From NCBI GenBank assembly GCA_049240945.1, contig JBMLRQ010000021.1, positions 42,616 to 106,615 on the forward strand: a DNA stretch of 64,000 bases, read 5' to 3'. The notes under the pieces were generated by a model. It did not search any database. It saw nothing but the letters and a program-made list of their open reading frames with translations, and was not told where the DNA came from. The first letter of the stretch is position 1. Each line of letters begins with the position of its first letter. This document shows positions 38,294 through 47,802 of the stretch, one piece after another. The stretch is from Rhabdochlamydiaceae bacterium (lineage in GTDB: Bacteria > Chlamydiota > Chlamydiia > Chlamydiales > Rhabdochlamydiaceae). The translations under genes were made by a program, and so were the position numbers.

Positions 38294-38743
38294 ATGTCAA
38301 CACAAGATGATTCTTTTTATTCTTCCTGTCTAAATAAGCAAGCGCAATTGTGTAGCATATTTAATAAATTAGCAAGCAGAGAAATGAAGTACGAAAAAAT
38401 TATTGCGATGGGTAAAGATCTTCCTTTTTTTGATCCTTTATTTAAAATTGAATCCAACTTAGTCAGAGGTTGCCAGAGTGAAATGTTCTTAAGAAGTCAA
38501 TCTTTTGATGGTAAAATGGTTTTCTCTGTTTTTTCGGAAGCTTTGATCTCTTCAGGATTGGCTGCTCTTTTATTGTTTGTTTATAACAACGAGTCTCCAG
38601 AATGTTTATTAAAAATCCCTCCAACTTTTCTGAAAGAGATAGATATTTACGTTTATTTAACGCCTAGTCGTTCGAATGGACTGAATAGTTTGCATCTTAA
38701 GATGAAACAAGAGGCGATGAAAACCATTTTGAATCATCATTAG
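38294..38743 (+). CDS. sufE: SufE-family cysteine desulfuration / sulfur acceptor protein
   Basis: KYEKIIAMGKDLP...NLVRGCQSEMFL contains the conserved persulfide Cys context. ATG at 38294 preferred. Confidence 0.8.
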   Translation: MSTQDDSFYSSCLNKQAQLCSIFNKLASREMKYEKIIAMGKDLPFFDPLFKIESNLVRGCQSEMFLRSQSFDGKMVFSVFSEALISSGLAALLLFVYNNESPECLLKIPPTFLKEIDIYVYLTPSRSNGLNSLHLKMKQEAMKTILNHH

Positions 38744-38952
38744 TTGTTTAGTCCTTCAATTGAATATAAATGAGGCTCTTTTAATCTGTTGAGTTAGTTT
38801 TAAGTCAGGGGGAAATTTTTTTTCCTTAAAGGTGAAAAATGGAATACAAATAAATAAAACCCTTTCTTCTTATAAAAACAGATTGACAAGAAAGAGATTT
38901 TTGTGATTTGATCCAGTATGTTTTATGGAAAATTAGGAAAAACTGCTTATCT

Positions 38953-39171
38953 ATGCCCAAAGAAGATACAATCAAAATAGACGGTAAAATTGAAGAACTA
39001 TTGCCCAATATGCACTTTAGAGTGATTTTAGAGAATGGCATGCAGGTGATAGCTCATCTTTGTGGCAAAATGCGCATGCGAAACATTCGCGTTTTAGTGG
39101 GTGATACAGTGACCGTCGAGATGTCTCCTTATGATTTGACTAAGGCTAGAATTACTTATCGTCAGAAATAA
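38953..39171 (+). CDS. infA: Translation initiation factor IF-1
   Basis: [37 protein letters not shown]...IRVLVGD.V.VE.SPYDL.K.RI.YR is a textbook IF-1 S1-fold. Length is 72 aa. Confidence 0.95.
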   Translation: MPKEDTIKIDGKIEELLPNMHFRVILENGMQVIAHLCGKMRMRNIRVLVGDTVTVEMSPYDLTKARITYRQK

Positions 39172-39245
39172 GGGTGTCTTTTCCAGTTTTCAGGGTTGAT
39201 TTTTTTGAGATTTAAAGAACTTCTTTACGATCCCTAAGAGATTGC

Positions 39246-39317
39246 GCCCAGATAGCTCAGTGGTAGAGCACTTGCATGGTAAGCAAGTGGCCGTAGGTTC
39301 GATTCCTATTTTGGGCA
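39246..39317 (+). tRNA. tRNA-Thr (anticodon GGT)
   Basis: Hand-folded: acceptor GCCCAGA/TTTGGGC, D stem GCTC/GAGC, anticodon stem-loop CTTGC-ATGGTAA-GCAAG, T arm GTAGG-TTCGATT-CCTAT. It sits upstream of tuf, as in many bacteria. Confidence 0.9.
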
Positions 39318-39369
39318 AAAAAATGAATTATTATTACCAAACATTATTGCTGACCTAACGGAGGATATA

Positions 39370-40554
39370 ATGGCAAAAGAAACATTCCAAAGAAATAAGC
39401 CTCACGTCAATATTGGTACAATTGGCCACGTTGACCATGGTAAAACGTCTTTAACAGCTGCGATTACAAAGGTGCTCGCTGAAAAAGGGGGAGCGAAGTT
39501 CCGCGACTACGCTTCTATTGATAATACCCCAGAAGAAAAAGCTAGAGGTATCACAATTAATTCTACTCACGTAGAATATGAAACAGCTACAAGACACTAT
39601 GCTCACGTCGATTGCCCTGGGCACGCTGACTATGTCAAGAACATGATCACTGGAGCTGCTCAGATGGATGGAGCTATTTTAGTGGTTTCCGCTACAGATG
39701 GTGCTATGCCTCAAACAAAAGAACATATCTTGCTTGCTCGTCAAGTGGGTGTTCCTGCGATTGTTGTCTTTTTGAACAAAATGGATATGATCAGTCCTGG
39801 AGATGAAGAACTTGTTGATTTAGTTGAAATGGAATTGCAAGAACTTCTTGAAGCCAAAGGTTACAAAGATGTTCCTATTATCAGAGGTTCAGCTCTCAAG
39901 GCTCTTGAAGGTAATCCTGAATATGTTAAATGTATCGAATCTTTGATGGATACTGTTGATGAGAAGATACCTACTCCAGCTAGAGAAGTTGATAAGCCTT
40001 TCTTAATGCCTATTGAAGATGTGTTCTCTATTTCCGGTCGTGGAACTGTAGCGACAGGACGTGTTGAGCGTGGAATTGTTAAGGTTAACGATAAATTACA
40101 AGTTGTGGGTCTGAGAGACACAAGAGAGACAGTTGCGACAGGTCTTGAGATGTTTAATAAAATCTTGGATGAAGCGAGAGCCGGAGAGAACGTTGGTATT
40201 CTTTTAAGAGGTTTTGAGAAAAAAGATCTTGAGAGGGGTATGGTTCTGGCTGCACCTAACACATGCAAGGCTTACGCTAAATTTGTTGGAACTATTTACG
40301 TTTTGACTAAAGAAGAAGGTGGAAGACATAAGCCTTTCTTCACTGGTTATCGTCCTCAGATTTATTTCCGCACAACTGACGTAACAGGAACAGTTACATT
40401 GCCTGAAGGTGTAGAAATGGTTATGCCAGGTGATAACGTGGAAATCACAGTTGAATTGATTTCTCCAGTTGCTATGGAAGAAGGAATGAGATTTGCTATT
40501 CGTGAAGGTGGTAAAACTATCGGAGCGGGAACAGTTTCTAAAATTGTGAAATAG
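39370..40554 (+). CDS. tuf: Elongation factor Tu
   Basis: [13 protein letters not shown] and NKMD GTPase motifs. 394 aa and full-length. Confidence 0.99.
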   Translation: MAKETFQRNKPHVNIGTIGHVDHGKTSLTAAITKVLAEKGGAKFRDYASIDNTPEEKARGITINSTHVEYETATRHYAHVDCPGHADYVKNMITGAAQMDGAILVVSATDGAMPQTKEHILLARQVGVPAIVVFLNKMDMISPGDEELVDLVEMELQELLEAKGYKDVPIIRGSALKALEGNPEYVKCIESLMDTVDEKIPTPAREVDKPFLMPIEDVFSISGRGTVATGRVERGIVKVNDKLQVVGLRDTRETVATGLEMFNKILDEARAGENVGILLRGFEKKDLERGMVLAAPNTCKAYAKFVGTIYVLTKEEGGRHKPFFTGYRPQIYFRTTDVTGTVTLPEGVEMVMPGDNVEITVELISPVAMEEGMRFAIREGGKTIGAGTVSKIVK

Positions 40555-40559
40555 TATAT

Positions 40560-40578
40560 GCGGCAATTTAATTGCCGC
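40560..40578 (+). other. Perfect 19-nt palindrome/hairpin between tuf and tRNA-Trp (possible processing or stability element; no T-tract follows)
   Basis: GCGGCAATTTAATTGCCGC lies 5 nt after the tuf stop and 4 nt before the tRNA. Confidence 0.4.
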
Positions 40579-40582
40579 TATT

Positions 40583-40655
40583 GGGTGGGTAGCTCAGCTG
40601 GTAGAGCAGCGATCTCCAAAGTCGCCGGTCGGGGGTTCGATCCCCTCCTCACTCG
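40583..40655 (+). tRNA. tRNA-Trp (anticodon CCA)
   Basis: Hand-folded: acceptor GGGTGGG/CTCACTC (two G-U pairs), D stem GCTC/GAGC, anticodon stem-loop GCGAT-CTCCAAA-GTCGC, T arm GGGGG-TTCGATC-CCCTC. Confidence 0.88.
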
Positions 40656-40699
40656 TTTGTTCAAGTTGTCTCCTTTACTGTAATAAAATTAAAATAAAT

Positions 40700-40939
40700 A
40701 TGAAAAAAACAGAAAAATCGTTGCCTGACCACTCTACTTCTTTTAGTTTCTCTTATTTTTCAGAAGTTAAAGAAGAGATAAGAAAAATATCGTGGACAGA
40801 AAAAACAGAATTGATTTTTTTTGTTAAAGCTTCCTTGATTTCAATTTTTGTTTTTGGTTTGAGTATTTATCTGGTAGACCTGTCTATAAAAAGTGTTTTA
40901 GAATTTTTAGAGTATTTAGTTCGAATTCTATTTTCTTAA
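40700..40939 (+). CDS. secE: Preprotein translocase subunit SecE
   Basis: FSEVKEEIRKISWTEKTEL is followed by a single TM helix. It sits between tRNA-Trp and nusG. Confidence 0.85.
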   Translation: MKKTEKSLPDHSTSFSFSYFSEVKEEIRKISWTEKTELIFFVKASLISIFVFGLSIYLVDLSIKSVLEFLEYLVRILFS

Positions 40940-40956
40940 ATTTTGAGGATCATTGC

Positions 40957-41505
40957 ATGCATAAATGGTATGTCGTTCAAGTTATTTCGGGACAAGAAAA
41001 AAAAGTGAAAAAGTCTCTTGAAGATTATCGTGAGTCTAAGGGGATGGACGGTGTTCTGCTTGATATTCTGGTGCCTACTGAAAATGTGGCCGAAGTGAAA
41101 AAAGGTCAGCAAAAAGTGAGTGAGAAAAAAATGTGGCCTGGTTACATTTTGGTAAATCTTGATTTGACTGACGAAGCTTGGATGTATGTAAAGGGGACGA
41201 ATGGTGTCATAGAATTTTTGGGTGGCTCAAAGCCTACTCCTTTGCTTCAATCTGAAGTCGATGCTATGTTGAAAGATTTAGAGGTTAAGAAGGGTGGAGT
41301 TGTTCAAAAACACAATCTCACTATTGGAGACAGAGTTAAGATCGTTGATGGTGTTTTTGTGAATTTTGTCGGTGTTGTCACGGAAGTGTTTCATGAAAAA
41401 GGCCGAATCAGCGTTCTTGTGTCTATATTTGGCCGAGATACTCGCGTAGATGATCTAGAGTTTTGGCAAGTTGAACAGGTTCCTATCGATTCAGATTTAA
41501 GTTGA
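40957..41505 (+). CDS. nusG: Transcription termination/antitermination factor NusG
   Basis: KWYVVQVISGQEKKVKKSLE NGN domain and a C-terminal KOW domain (GDRVKIVDGVFVNFVGVV). Confidence 0.95.
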   Translation: MHKWYVVQVISGQEKKVKKSLEDYRESKGMDGVLLDILVPTENVAEVKKGQQKVSEKKMWPGYILVNLDLTDEAWMYVKGTNGVIEFLGGSKPTPLLQSEVDAMLKDLEVKKGGVVQKHNLTIGDRVKIVDGVFVNFVGVVTEVFHEKGRISVLVSIFGRDTRVDDLEFWQVEQVPIDSDLS

Positions 41506-41637
41506 TTTTTTTTGAGGCGGTCTTTTGATTATTTTAAAAGTAGTGAAGAATACTCTGGTGTAAAATTCCTTTGTTGTTTACCATCTGTAAGATAATCCGA
41601 AAGTCTTCCTTTGTTACTGGTTAAAAATGGGATATAT

Positions 41638-42063
41638 ATGGCGAAAAAACTTATAAAGACGATTAAATTGCAAATTCCTGCAGGTAAAGCTAACCCTGCC
41701 CCTCCTATCGGTCCTGCTCTTGGGTCTGCCGGAGTCAATATCATGGGTTTTTGTAAAGAATTTAATGCTAAAACACAAGACAAGGCAGGAGACATTCTTC
41801 CTGTGGTTATATCTGTATATTCAGATAAAACTTTTTCTTTTATCACTAAACAACCTCCCGTGTCTCGTTTAATTCTTAAAGAAATAGGCGTTCAATCAGG
41901 GTCAAAGGTTCCTAATCGCGATAAGGTAGGTAAACTTAATTCTTCGCAATTGAAAAAAATTGTAGCCCAAAAGCGTTCGGATATGAGAGTGAATTCTGAT
42001 GAAGCTGCCGAAATGCTTGTTAAGGGAACAGCTCGTTCTATGGGCGTTGATATTATTGAGTAA
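41638..42063 (+). CDS. rplK: 50S ribosomal protein L11
   Basis: [29 protein letters not shown]...[12 protein letters not shown]. Confidence 0.97.
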   Translation: MAKKLIKTIKLQIPAGKANPAPPIGPALGSAGVNIMGFCKEFNAKTQDKAGDILPVVISVYSDKTFSFITKQPPVSRLILKEIGVQSGSKVPNRDKVGKLNSSQLKKIVAQKRSDMRVNSDEAAEMLVKGTARSMGVDIIE

Positions 42064-42166
42064 TTTTTGACTAGGCTCTTAAAGAGTTTTAAAACAAAAC
42101 GCCTTATTCTAGTCAAAAAATAGGCGTTTAAAAACCTTGCTAATTTTTTAGTTAGGAAAGGAATGT

Positions 42167-42862
42167 ATGACACGAAAAAGTAAGAGAGTTCGGGAGATGC
42201 TGAAATTAGTGCAGCCTAACAAGGTGTATTCACTAAAAGAAGGCCTCGAAATACTAAAAAAATGTCCGGCTGTTAAATTTGATCAGTCGGTTGAAATATC
42301 GCTCCTTACTGGTGTTGATGTCCGTAAGTCTGATCAGCAAGTCAGAGGTACTGTTACGTTACCGAACGGAACAGGAACCAATGTTGTTATTGCTGTATTT
42401 GCTAGAGGGGAAAAAATAGATGAAGCCCTTAAAGCCGGTGCAGAATATGCTGGTAATGATGATTTATTTGAAAGAATAAAAGCAGGATGGACCGATTTTG
42501 ATGCGGTTATTTCAACTCCAGATATGATGAGAGAGGTGGGGAAGTTAGGTAAAGTTCTCGGTCCCCGAGGGTTGATGCCAACTCCTAAAGCAGGAACAGT
42601 TACTACAGATGTAGCCCAAGCCGTAAAAGAGGTGAAAGCTGGTAAGGTAGAATTTAAATCAGATAAAAGTGGGGTTGTCAACGGCATGGTTGGCAAATTG
42701 TCTTTTGCTTCTGATAAGTTAGTTGACAATATTCAGGCTTTGTTATCGGCAGTCTTAAAAGCTAAGCCGGCGACAGCAAAAGGTCAATATTTAAGATCTT
42801 TGGTACTGTCTTCTACTATGGGGCCTGGTATTAAAATTGATCTTCATTCAGTTGAATTGTAA
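42167..42862 (+). CDS. rplA: 50S ribosomal protein L1
   Basis: [32 protein letters not shown] and [15 protein letters not shown]. Confidence 0.97.
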   Translation: MTRKSKRVREMLKLVQPNKVYSLKEGLEILKKCPAVKFDQSVEISLLTGVDVRKSDQQVRGTVTLPNGTGTNVVIAVFARGEKIDEALKAGAEYAGNDDLFERIKAGWTDFDAVISTPDMMREVGKLGKVLGPRGLMPTPKAGTVTTDVAQAVKEVKAGKVEFKSDKSGVVNGMVGKLSFASDKLVDNIQALLSAVLKAKPATAKGQYLRSLVLSSTMGPGIKIDLHSVEL

Positions 42863-42874
42863 AGGAGTATGTAA

Positions 42875-43390
42875 ATGAGAAAAGAAAAACAGTTGCTCCT
42901 AGACGAAATTAAATTGAAGATTGATCAATCTACAGCTCTCGTTTTGACTTCCTATAAGGGATTCAATCCGAATATGGCTGCAGATTTTAGATCAAAGATT
43001 AGCCAGTCTGGTGGCACTTTTGAAGTGGTGAGGAAAAAGGTCTTGATTAAAGCGGCCGAAGCTTCTGGCATCTCTTTAAATGCGAAAGAACTTCATGGTC
43101 ACATTGGTGTTGTGTTTGCTCTTCAAGATCCGGTTATGACAACAAAAGCTTTATATGATTATAAAAAAAATAATCAAGACGTTTTTGATGTTCTAGGTGG
43201 ACGCTTTGAAAATCAAGTATGCTCATCATCTGATATTGAAGAAATTTCTAAATTGCCTTCAAAAGACGAAATGCGTGCTCAGCTGTTAGCTATGTTAGAA
43301 GCTCCGATGAGCCAAACTTTAGCTGTTGTAGAGGCTTTATTAACAAGCGTGCTTCATTGCATAGAGAATAAGGTTAGTAAAGAGGATTAA
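42875..43390 (+). CDS. rplJ: 50S ribosomal protein L10
   Basis: Position between rplA and rplL, 171 aa, with typical L10 N-terminal and helical C-terminal regions. Confidence 0.92.
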   Translation: MRKEKQLLLDEIKLKIDQSTALVLTSYKGFNPNMAADFRSKISQSGGTFEVVRKKVLIKAAEASGISLNAKELHGHIGVVFALQDPVMTTKALYDYKKNNQDVFDVLGGRFENQVCSSSDIEEISKLPSKDEMRAQLLAMLEAPMSQTLAVVEALLTSVLHCIENKVSKED

Positions 43391-43483
43391 TAATACATAG
43401 CCGATGCCTCCTTGAGGAGAAACAGAAACATTTACATCGGTGTTATTTTTTTAAATTTTCATATATTTTATAGAGGTATTCCC

Positions 43484-43873
43484 GTGAGTCATCAAACATT
43501 AGAACAATTAGTCGAAGCTTTAAGCGCTCTCAGCGTTTTGGATATGTCCAAATTAAAGTCTGCTTTAGAAGAAAAGTGGGGCGTAAAAGCTGCTGCTGCC
43601 GCTGCTCCTGTTGTTGTTGCTGCTGCTGCTCCTGTCGCTGCTGCTGCTGAATCTACAGAATTTAAAGTTAGTTTAGAAGCTGCTCCTGCAGATAAAAAGA
43701 TCGGTATTATTAAGGTTATCCGCGAAATTACAGGTTTAGGCCTAAAAGAAGCTAAAGATCTCGTAGAAGGAGCTCCTAAAGTAATTAAAGAATCTACAAC
43801 AAAAGCAGATGCAGAAGACATTCAAAAGAAATTAGATGCTGCTGGCGGTAAAGTAACAATCGTCGGGCTTTAA
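43484..43873 (+). CDS. rplL: 50S ribosomal protein L7/L12
   Basis: GTG start lies about 8 nt after AGAGG. Ala/Val-rich hinge [20 protein letters not shown]. The C-terminal domain reads [28 protein letters not shown]. The longer upstream extension has no L12 homology. Confidence 0.92.
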   Translation: MSHQTLEQLVEALSALSVLDMSKLKSALEEKWGVKAAAAAAPVVVAAAAPVAAAAESTEFKVSLEAAPADKKIGIIKVIREITGLGLKEAKDLVEGAPKVIKESTTKADAEDIQKKLDAAGGKVTIVGL

Positions 43874-43882
43874 TGATAGATT

Positions 43883-43918
43883 GCAGATAGTCAATTCTTA
43901 TATTGACTATCTGCTTTT
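43883..43918 (+). terminator. Intrinsic terminator/attenuator hairpin in the rplL-rpoB spacer
   Basis: Perfect 13-bp stem GCAGATAGTCAAT / ATTGACTATCTGC with a 6-nt loop, followed by TTTT. A partial terminator at this position is classical for the rplJL-rpoBC operon. Confidence 0.6.
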
Positions 43919-44012
43919 AGCTTTTTGTTATCTTTTTAAGATAAATTTTTTAAATATTTTTTTATTATTCTTGTTTATTTCATCATAACTTAATGTCTTT
44001 TAGGAGCTTTCA

Positions 44013-47000
44013 ATGTTAAAAAGACCGCCACAACGGGTCAGTTTTCGTGAGCGAGAGGAAATCATTGATCTTCCCAATCTTATTGAGATCCAAATTAAAT
44101 CCTACAATCATTTTTTACAGACTAATCGTCTTCCTCATGAAAGAGAAAACGTCGGAATCGAAGAGGTTTTTAATGAGATTTTTCCGATTAAATCATATGA
44201 TGAGAAAACCGTTTTAGAGTATTTGTCCTACAGCCTTGGTGTCCCTAAATACACGCCCGAAGAATGCATCAGAAGGGGAATCACCTATAATGTTACACTT
44301 AAAATCAAATTCAGATTGACTGATGAGACAGGTATTAAAGAAGAAGAAGTATATATGGGCACTTTGCCTATAATGACTGAAAAAGGAACGTTTATCATAA
44401 ATGGTGCCGAGAGAGTGATCGTTTCTCAGTTACACAGATCTCCTGGCATTTCTTTTGAAGAAGAGAAGCATCCCAAGGGTATGAGTATATATTCTTTCAG
44501 GATCATACCTTATCGAGGAAGTTGGTTGGAAGCTGCTTTTGATATCAATGACCTTATCTATATATACGTAGATCGCAAAAAACGACGTCGCAAAGTTTTG
44601 GCCACTTCATTTATCAGAACTCTAGGTTATTCTACAGATGCTGATATCATAGAAGAGTTTTTCAGTACCATTAAAGTCAAAATCAAATCTGAAAAAGATT
44701 TTACAGGATTAGTCGGTAAAATTCTAGCAGAAGACGTCATCGAAGAGTCCTCAGGTGTCTTATTCGGAAAAGCAGCGGAGAAACTGACGACAGCTATGTT
44801 GAAGAGAATGTTAGATGCGGGAATTGCGTCTGTAAGAGTAGCTGAAGACGCAGACGAAACAAGTCCTATCATCAAAATGTTAGCCAAAGACACGACAGAT
44901 TCTTACGAATCAGCTTTGAAAGATTTTTACAGAAAAATCCGGCCAGGTGAACCGGCTACTCTTTCAAATGCTCGTTCAGCCATCATGAGACTTTTTTTTG
45001 ATCCTAAGCGTTACAATCTAGGGAAAGTTGGTCGTTATAAACTGAACCGCAAACTAGGCTTAGCCACAACAGACGAAGATCTGAACAATGTTACCTTGAA
45101 AAAAGAGGACATTGTTGGAGCTATCAAGTATCTTATCAGCCTTAAAAAAGGAAGCGGGCAAGCGATTGTAGATGACATTGATCATTTGGGCAATAGGAGA
45201 GTCCGCTCTGTTGGAGAGTTGATTCAAAATCAATGCAGAGTTGGTTTAGCTCGGATGGAAAAAATCATAAAAGAACGTATGAACCTTTTTGATTTTTCTG
45301 CTGACACCTTAACTCCTGGAAAAATTGTTTCAGCCAAAGGTCTAGTTGGTGTTTTAAAAGATTTCTTTGGAAGATCTCAGTTGTCTCAGTTTATGGATCA
45401 AACCAACCCTGTAGCAGAATTAACTCACAAAAGACGACTATCTGCTTTGGGGCCTGGAGGATTGAACAGAGAAAGGGCTGGTTTTGAAGTGAGGGACGTT
45501 CACCCCAGTCATTATGGTAGAATATGTCCTATTGAAACCCCTGAAGGACCCAATATTGGTTTGATCACCTCTTTGTCTTCTTTTGCTAAAATAAACGAAT
45601 TTGGATTTGTTGAAACACCTTATCGAATCGTCAGAGATGGTGTCGTTACGGATGAAATAGAGTACATGACAGCTGATCAAGAAGAAGACTGTGTCATAGC
45701 TCAGGCGTCAGCTTCTTTGGATGATTTGAAAATGTTCGCCGAAGCTCAATGCTGGGCAAGATATCGTGGTGAGTCTATGAAAATAGACACAGCACGTGTT
45801 ACTCACATGGACGTATCTTCTAAACAGCTTGTATCTATTGTAACTGGATTGATCCCATTTTTAGAGCATGATGACGCTAACCGCGCTCTGATGGGTTCCA
45901 ACATGCAACGTCAAGGTGTGCCTTTATTGATCGCTGATGCTCCTATTGTGGGTACAGGTTTAGAGGCTAGAGCCGCAAGAGACTCTGGAGCTGTTGTGAT
46001 CGCTGAAGAAGATGGCGTTGTGGAATATGCTGATGGATTCAGAATTGTTATCGCTTCAAAGGCTAATCCTTTGAATAAAAAAACTTATGTACTTAAAAAG
46101 TTTTTGAGATCGAATGGCGGTACGTGTATCAATCAGACCCCGATTTGTACAGTAGGAGATCAGGTGTCTGCTGGCGATGTGATTGCTGATGGTCCAGCGA
46201 CAGACAAAGGTGAAATTGCTTTAGGTAAAAACGTTTTAGCGGCTTTTATGCCCTGGTGCGGTTACAACTATGAAGATGCGATCATCATATCTGAGAAACT
46301 TTTAAGAGAAGATTATTACACATCTATTTATCTTGAAGAATTTGAGCTAACCGCTAGAGATACTAAATTAGGTAAAGAAGAGATCACAAGAGACATTCCT
46401 AATGTTTCTGAAGAAGCTTTGGCTAATTTAGGAGAAGATGGGATCGTTCGTATTGGAGCAGAAGTTAAGCCAGGTGATATTCTTGTTGGTAAAATTACAC
46501 CTAAAACTGAAACAGAACTCGCTCCCGAAGAGCGCTTATTAAGAGCTATTTTTGGTGAAAAAGCAGCTGATGTTAAGGACGCCTCTTTAACTGTTCCTCC
46601 AGGAACGGAAGGGGTTGTCATGGATGTTAAGGTGTTTAGCCGTAGAGATCGATTGTCCAAAACAGACGACGAATTAGTTGAAGAAACATCCAGGATTAAA
46701 AATATCCACCAAGACTATAAATCTAAAGAGTCTGAAATAATCGTAGAGTTCCACGAGAAATTAGGTGCATTATTGTTAGGAGAAAAAGCTCCCGGACATA
46801 TTTTACATCGCAAGTCGGGTGAAATCATCATCAAAGAAGATGAGCCTATCACTCAAGAAATGTTGGAAGTTTTAGAAACTGAAAAAATTGAAGACTTGAT
46901 CATCTCTGATAATGATTCTTATACAGCTTTAAGGCAGATACTGATCGACTTTGACAAAGCGATTCAAGCCTTACAAATGCAGCATAAAACAGAAATAGAG

Positions 47001-47774
47001 TTTATGCGTAAGGGAGATACAGAATTAGAAGCTGGCGTGATTCGACAGGTTAAAGTCTATATCGCTTGTAAAAGGAAATTGCAAGTTGGTGATAAGATGG
47101 CTGGTCGACACGGAAATAAGGGTGTTGTGTCAAAAATAGTGCCAGAATCTGATATGCCTTATTTGCAAGATGGTCAGTCTGTAGAGGTGATTCTTAATCC
47201 TCTTGGTGTGCCTTCTCGTATGAATATGGGGCAATTATTGGAGACTCATTTGGGTTTTGCAGCTAGACGAGCAGGTATTTACGTCAAGAGCCCTGTTTTT
47301 GAAGGCTTCCCTGAATCTCGCATATGGGACATGATGAAAGAGTTAGGCTTGCCAGAAGACGGTAAAATGTATCTATACGACGGAAGAACCGGTCAAAGAT
47401 TTGATAATAGAGTAGTTGTTGGATATATCTATATTTTAAAATTAAGCCACTTAGTTGCCGACAAAATTCACGCTCGTTCTACAGGACCGTATTCTCTTGT
47501 GACTCAGCAGCCTTTAGGCGGTAGAGCTCAGAAAGGGGGACAACGATTCGGGGAAATGGAAGTGTGGGCTTTGCAAGCTTACGGATCGGCCAATTTGCTT
47601 CAAGAAATGATGACGGTTAAATCGGATGATGTATCAGGTAGAACACGTATTTACGAAGCGATTGTAAAAGGCGATAATTTATTGGATGCTGGTATTCCAG
47701 AATCAAGAAACGTTTTGTTTAAAGAGATGCAAGGTTTGTGCCTTGATGTAAGAACAGAAAAAGTTACTGAATAA
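44013..47774 (+). CDS. rpoB: DNA-directed RNA polymerase subunit beta
   Basis: 1253 aa with many conserved blocks, such as [44 protein letters not shown] and GRHGNKGV. Confidence 0.99.
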   Translation: MLKRPPQRVSFREREEIIDLPNLIEIQIKSYNHFLQTNRLPHERENVGIEEVFNEIFPIKSYDEKTVLEYLSYSLGVPKYTPEECIRRGITYNVTLKIKFRLTDETGIKEEEVYMGTLPIMTEKGTFIINGAERVIVSQLHRSPGISFEEEKHPKGMSIYSFRIIPYRGSWLEAAFDINDLIYIYVDRKKRRRKVLATSFIRTLGYSTDADIIEEFFSTIKVKIKSEKDFTGLVGKILAEDVIEESSGVLFGKAAEKLTTAMLKRMLDAGIASVRVAEDADETSPIIKMLAKDTTDSYESALKDFYRKIRPGEPATLSNARSAIMRLFFDPKRYNLGKVGRYKLNRKLGLATTDEDLNNVTLKKEDIVGAIKYLISLKKGSGQAIVDDIDHLGNRRVRSVGELIQNQCRVGLARMEKIIKERMNLFDFSADTLTPGKIVSAKGLVGVLKDFFGRSQLSQFMDQTNPVAELTHKRRLSALGPGGLNRERAGFEVRDVHPSHYGRICPIETPEGPNIGLITSLSSFAKINEFGFVETPYRIVRDGVVTDEIEYMTADQEEDCVIAQASASLDDLKMFAEAQCWARYRGESMKIDTARVTHMDVSSKQLVSIVTGLIPFLEHDDANRALMGSNMQRQGVPLLIADAPIVGTGLEARAARDSGAVVIAEEDGVVEYADGFRIVIASKANPLNKKTYVLKKFLRSNGGTCINQTPICTVGDQVSAGDVIADGPATDKGEIALGKNVLAAFMPWCGYNYEDAIIISEKLLREDYYTSIYLEEFELTARDTKLGKEEITRDIPNVSEEALANLGEDGIVRIGAEVKPGDILVGKITPKTETELAPEERLLRAIFGEKAADVKDASLTVPPGTEGVVMDVKVFSRRDRLSKTDDELVEETSRIKNIHQDYKSKESEIIVEFHEKLGALLLGEKAPGHILHRKSGEIIIKEDEPITQEMLEVLETEKIEDLIISDNDSYTALRQILIDFDKAIQALQMQHKTEIEFMRKGDTELEAGVIRQVKVYIACKRKLQVGDKMAGRHGNKGVVSKIVPESDMPYLQDGQSVEVILNPLGVPSRMNMGQLLETHLGFAARRAGIYVKSPVFEGFPESRIWDMMKELGLPEDGKMYLYDGRTGQRFDNRVVVGYIYILKLSHLVADKIHARSTGPYSLVTQQPLGGRAQKGGQRFGEMEVWALQAYGSANLLQEMMTVKSDDVSGRTRIYEAIVKGDNLLDAGIPESRNVLFKEMQGLCLDVRTEKVTE

Positions 47775-47802
47775 TAAAAGTTACATATTTTAGGGAGACC
47801 AA

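Noticed and set aside
39861-40566. Two long antisense ORFs (135 aa and 120 aa) covering tuf
   Set aside because: They lie fully inside the unambiguous EF-Tu gene on the opposite strand. Their sequences are low-complexity (S/T/L/R-rich) with no motifs. They are typical shadow ORFs of a strongly codon-biased gene.
41529-41846. 105-aa minus-strand ORF overlapping the rplK leader and the rplK 5' region
   Set aside because: It overlaps the conserved L11 N-terminus in antisense. It has no start context and is Pro/Gly/Ala-rich as the complement of [16 protein letters not shown].
43578-43650. GCT/GTT-rich stretch that looks like a trinucleotide microsatellite
   Set aside because: It encodes the flexible Ala/Val hinge of L7/L12 ([20 protein letters not shown]). 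This is a normal feature of the protein, not a non-coding repeat.
42334-43821. Antisense ORFs within rplA (131 aa) and rplL (109 aa, Ala-rich)
   Set aside because: They are mirror-image frames of highly conserved ribosomal protein genes. The Ala-rich one is simply the complement of the GCT-rich L7/L12 hinge.
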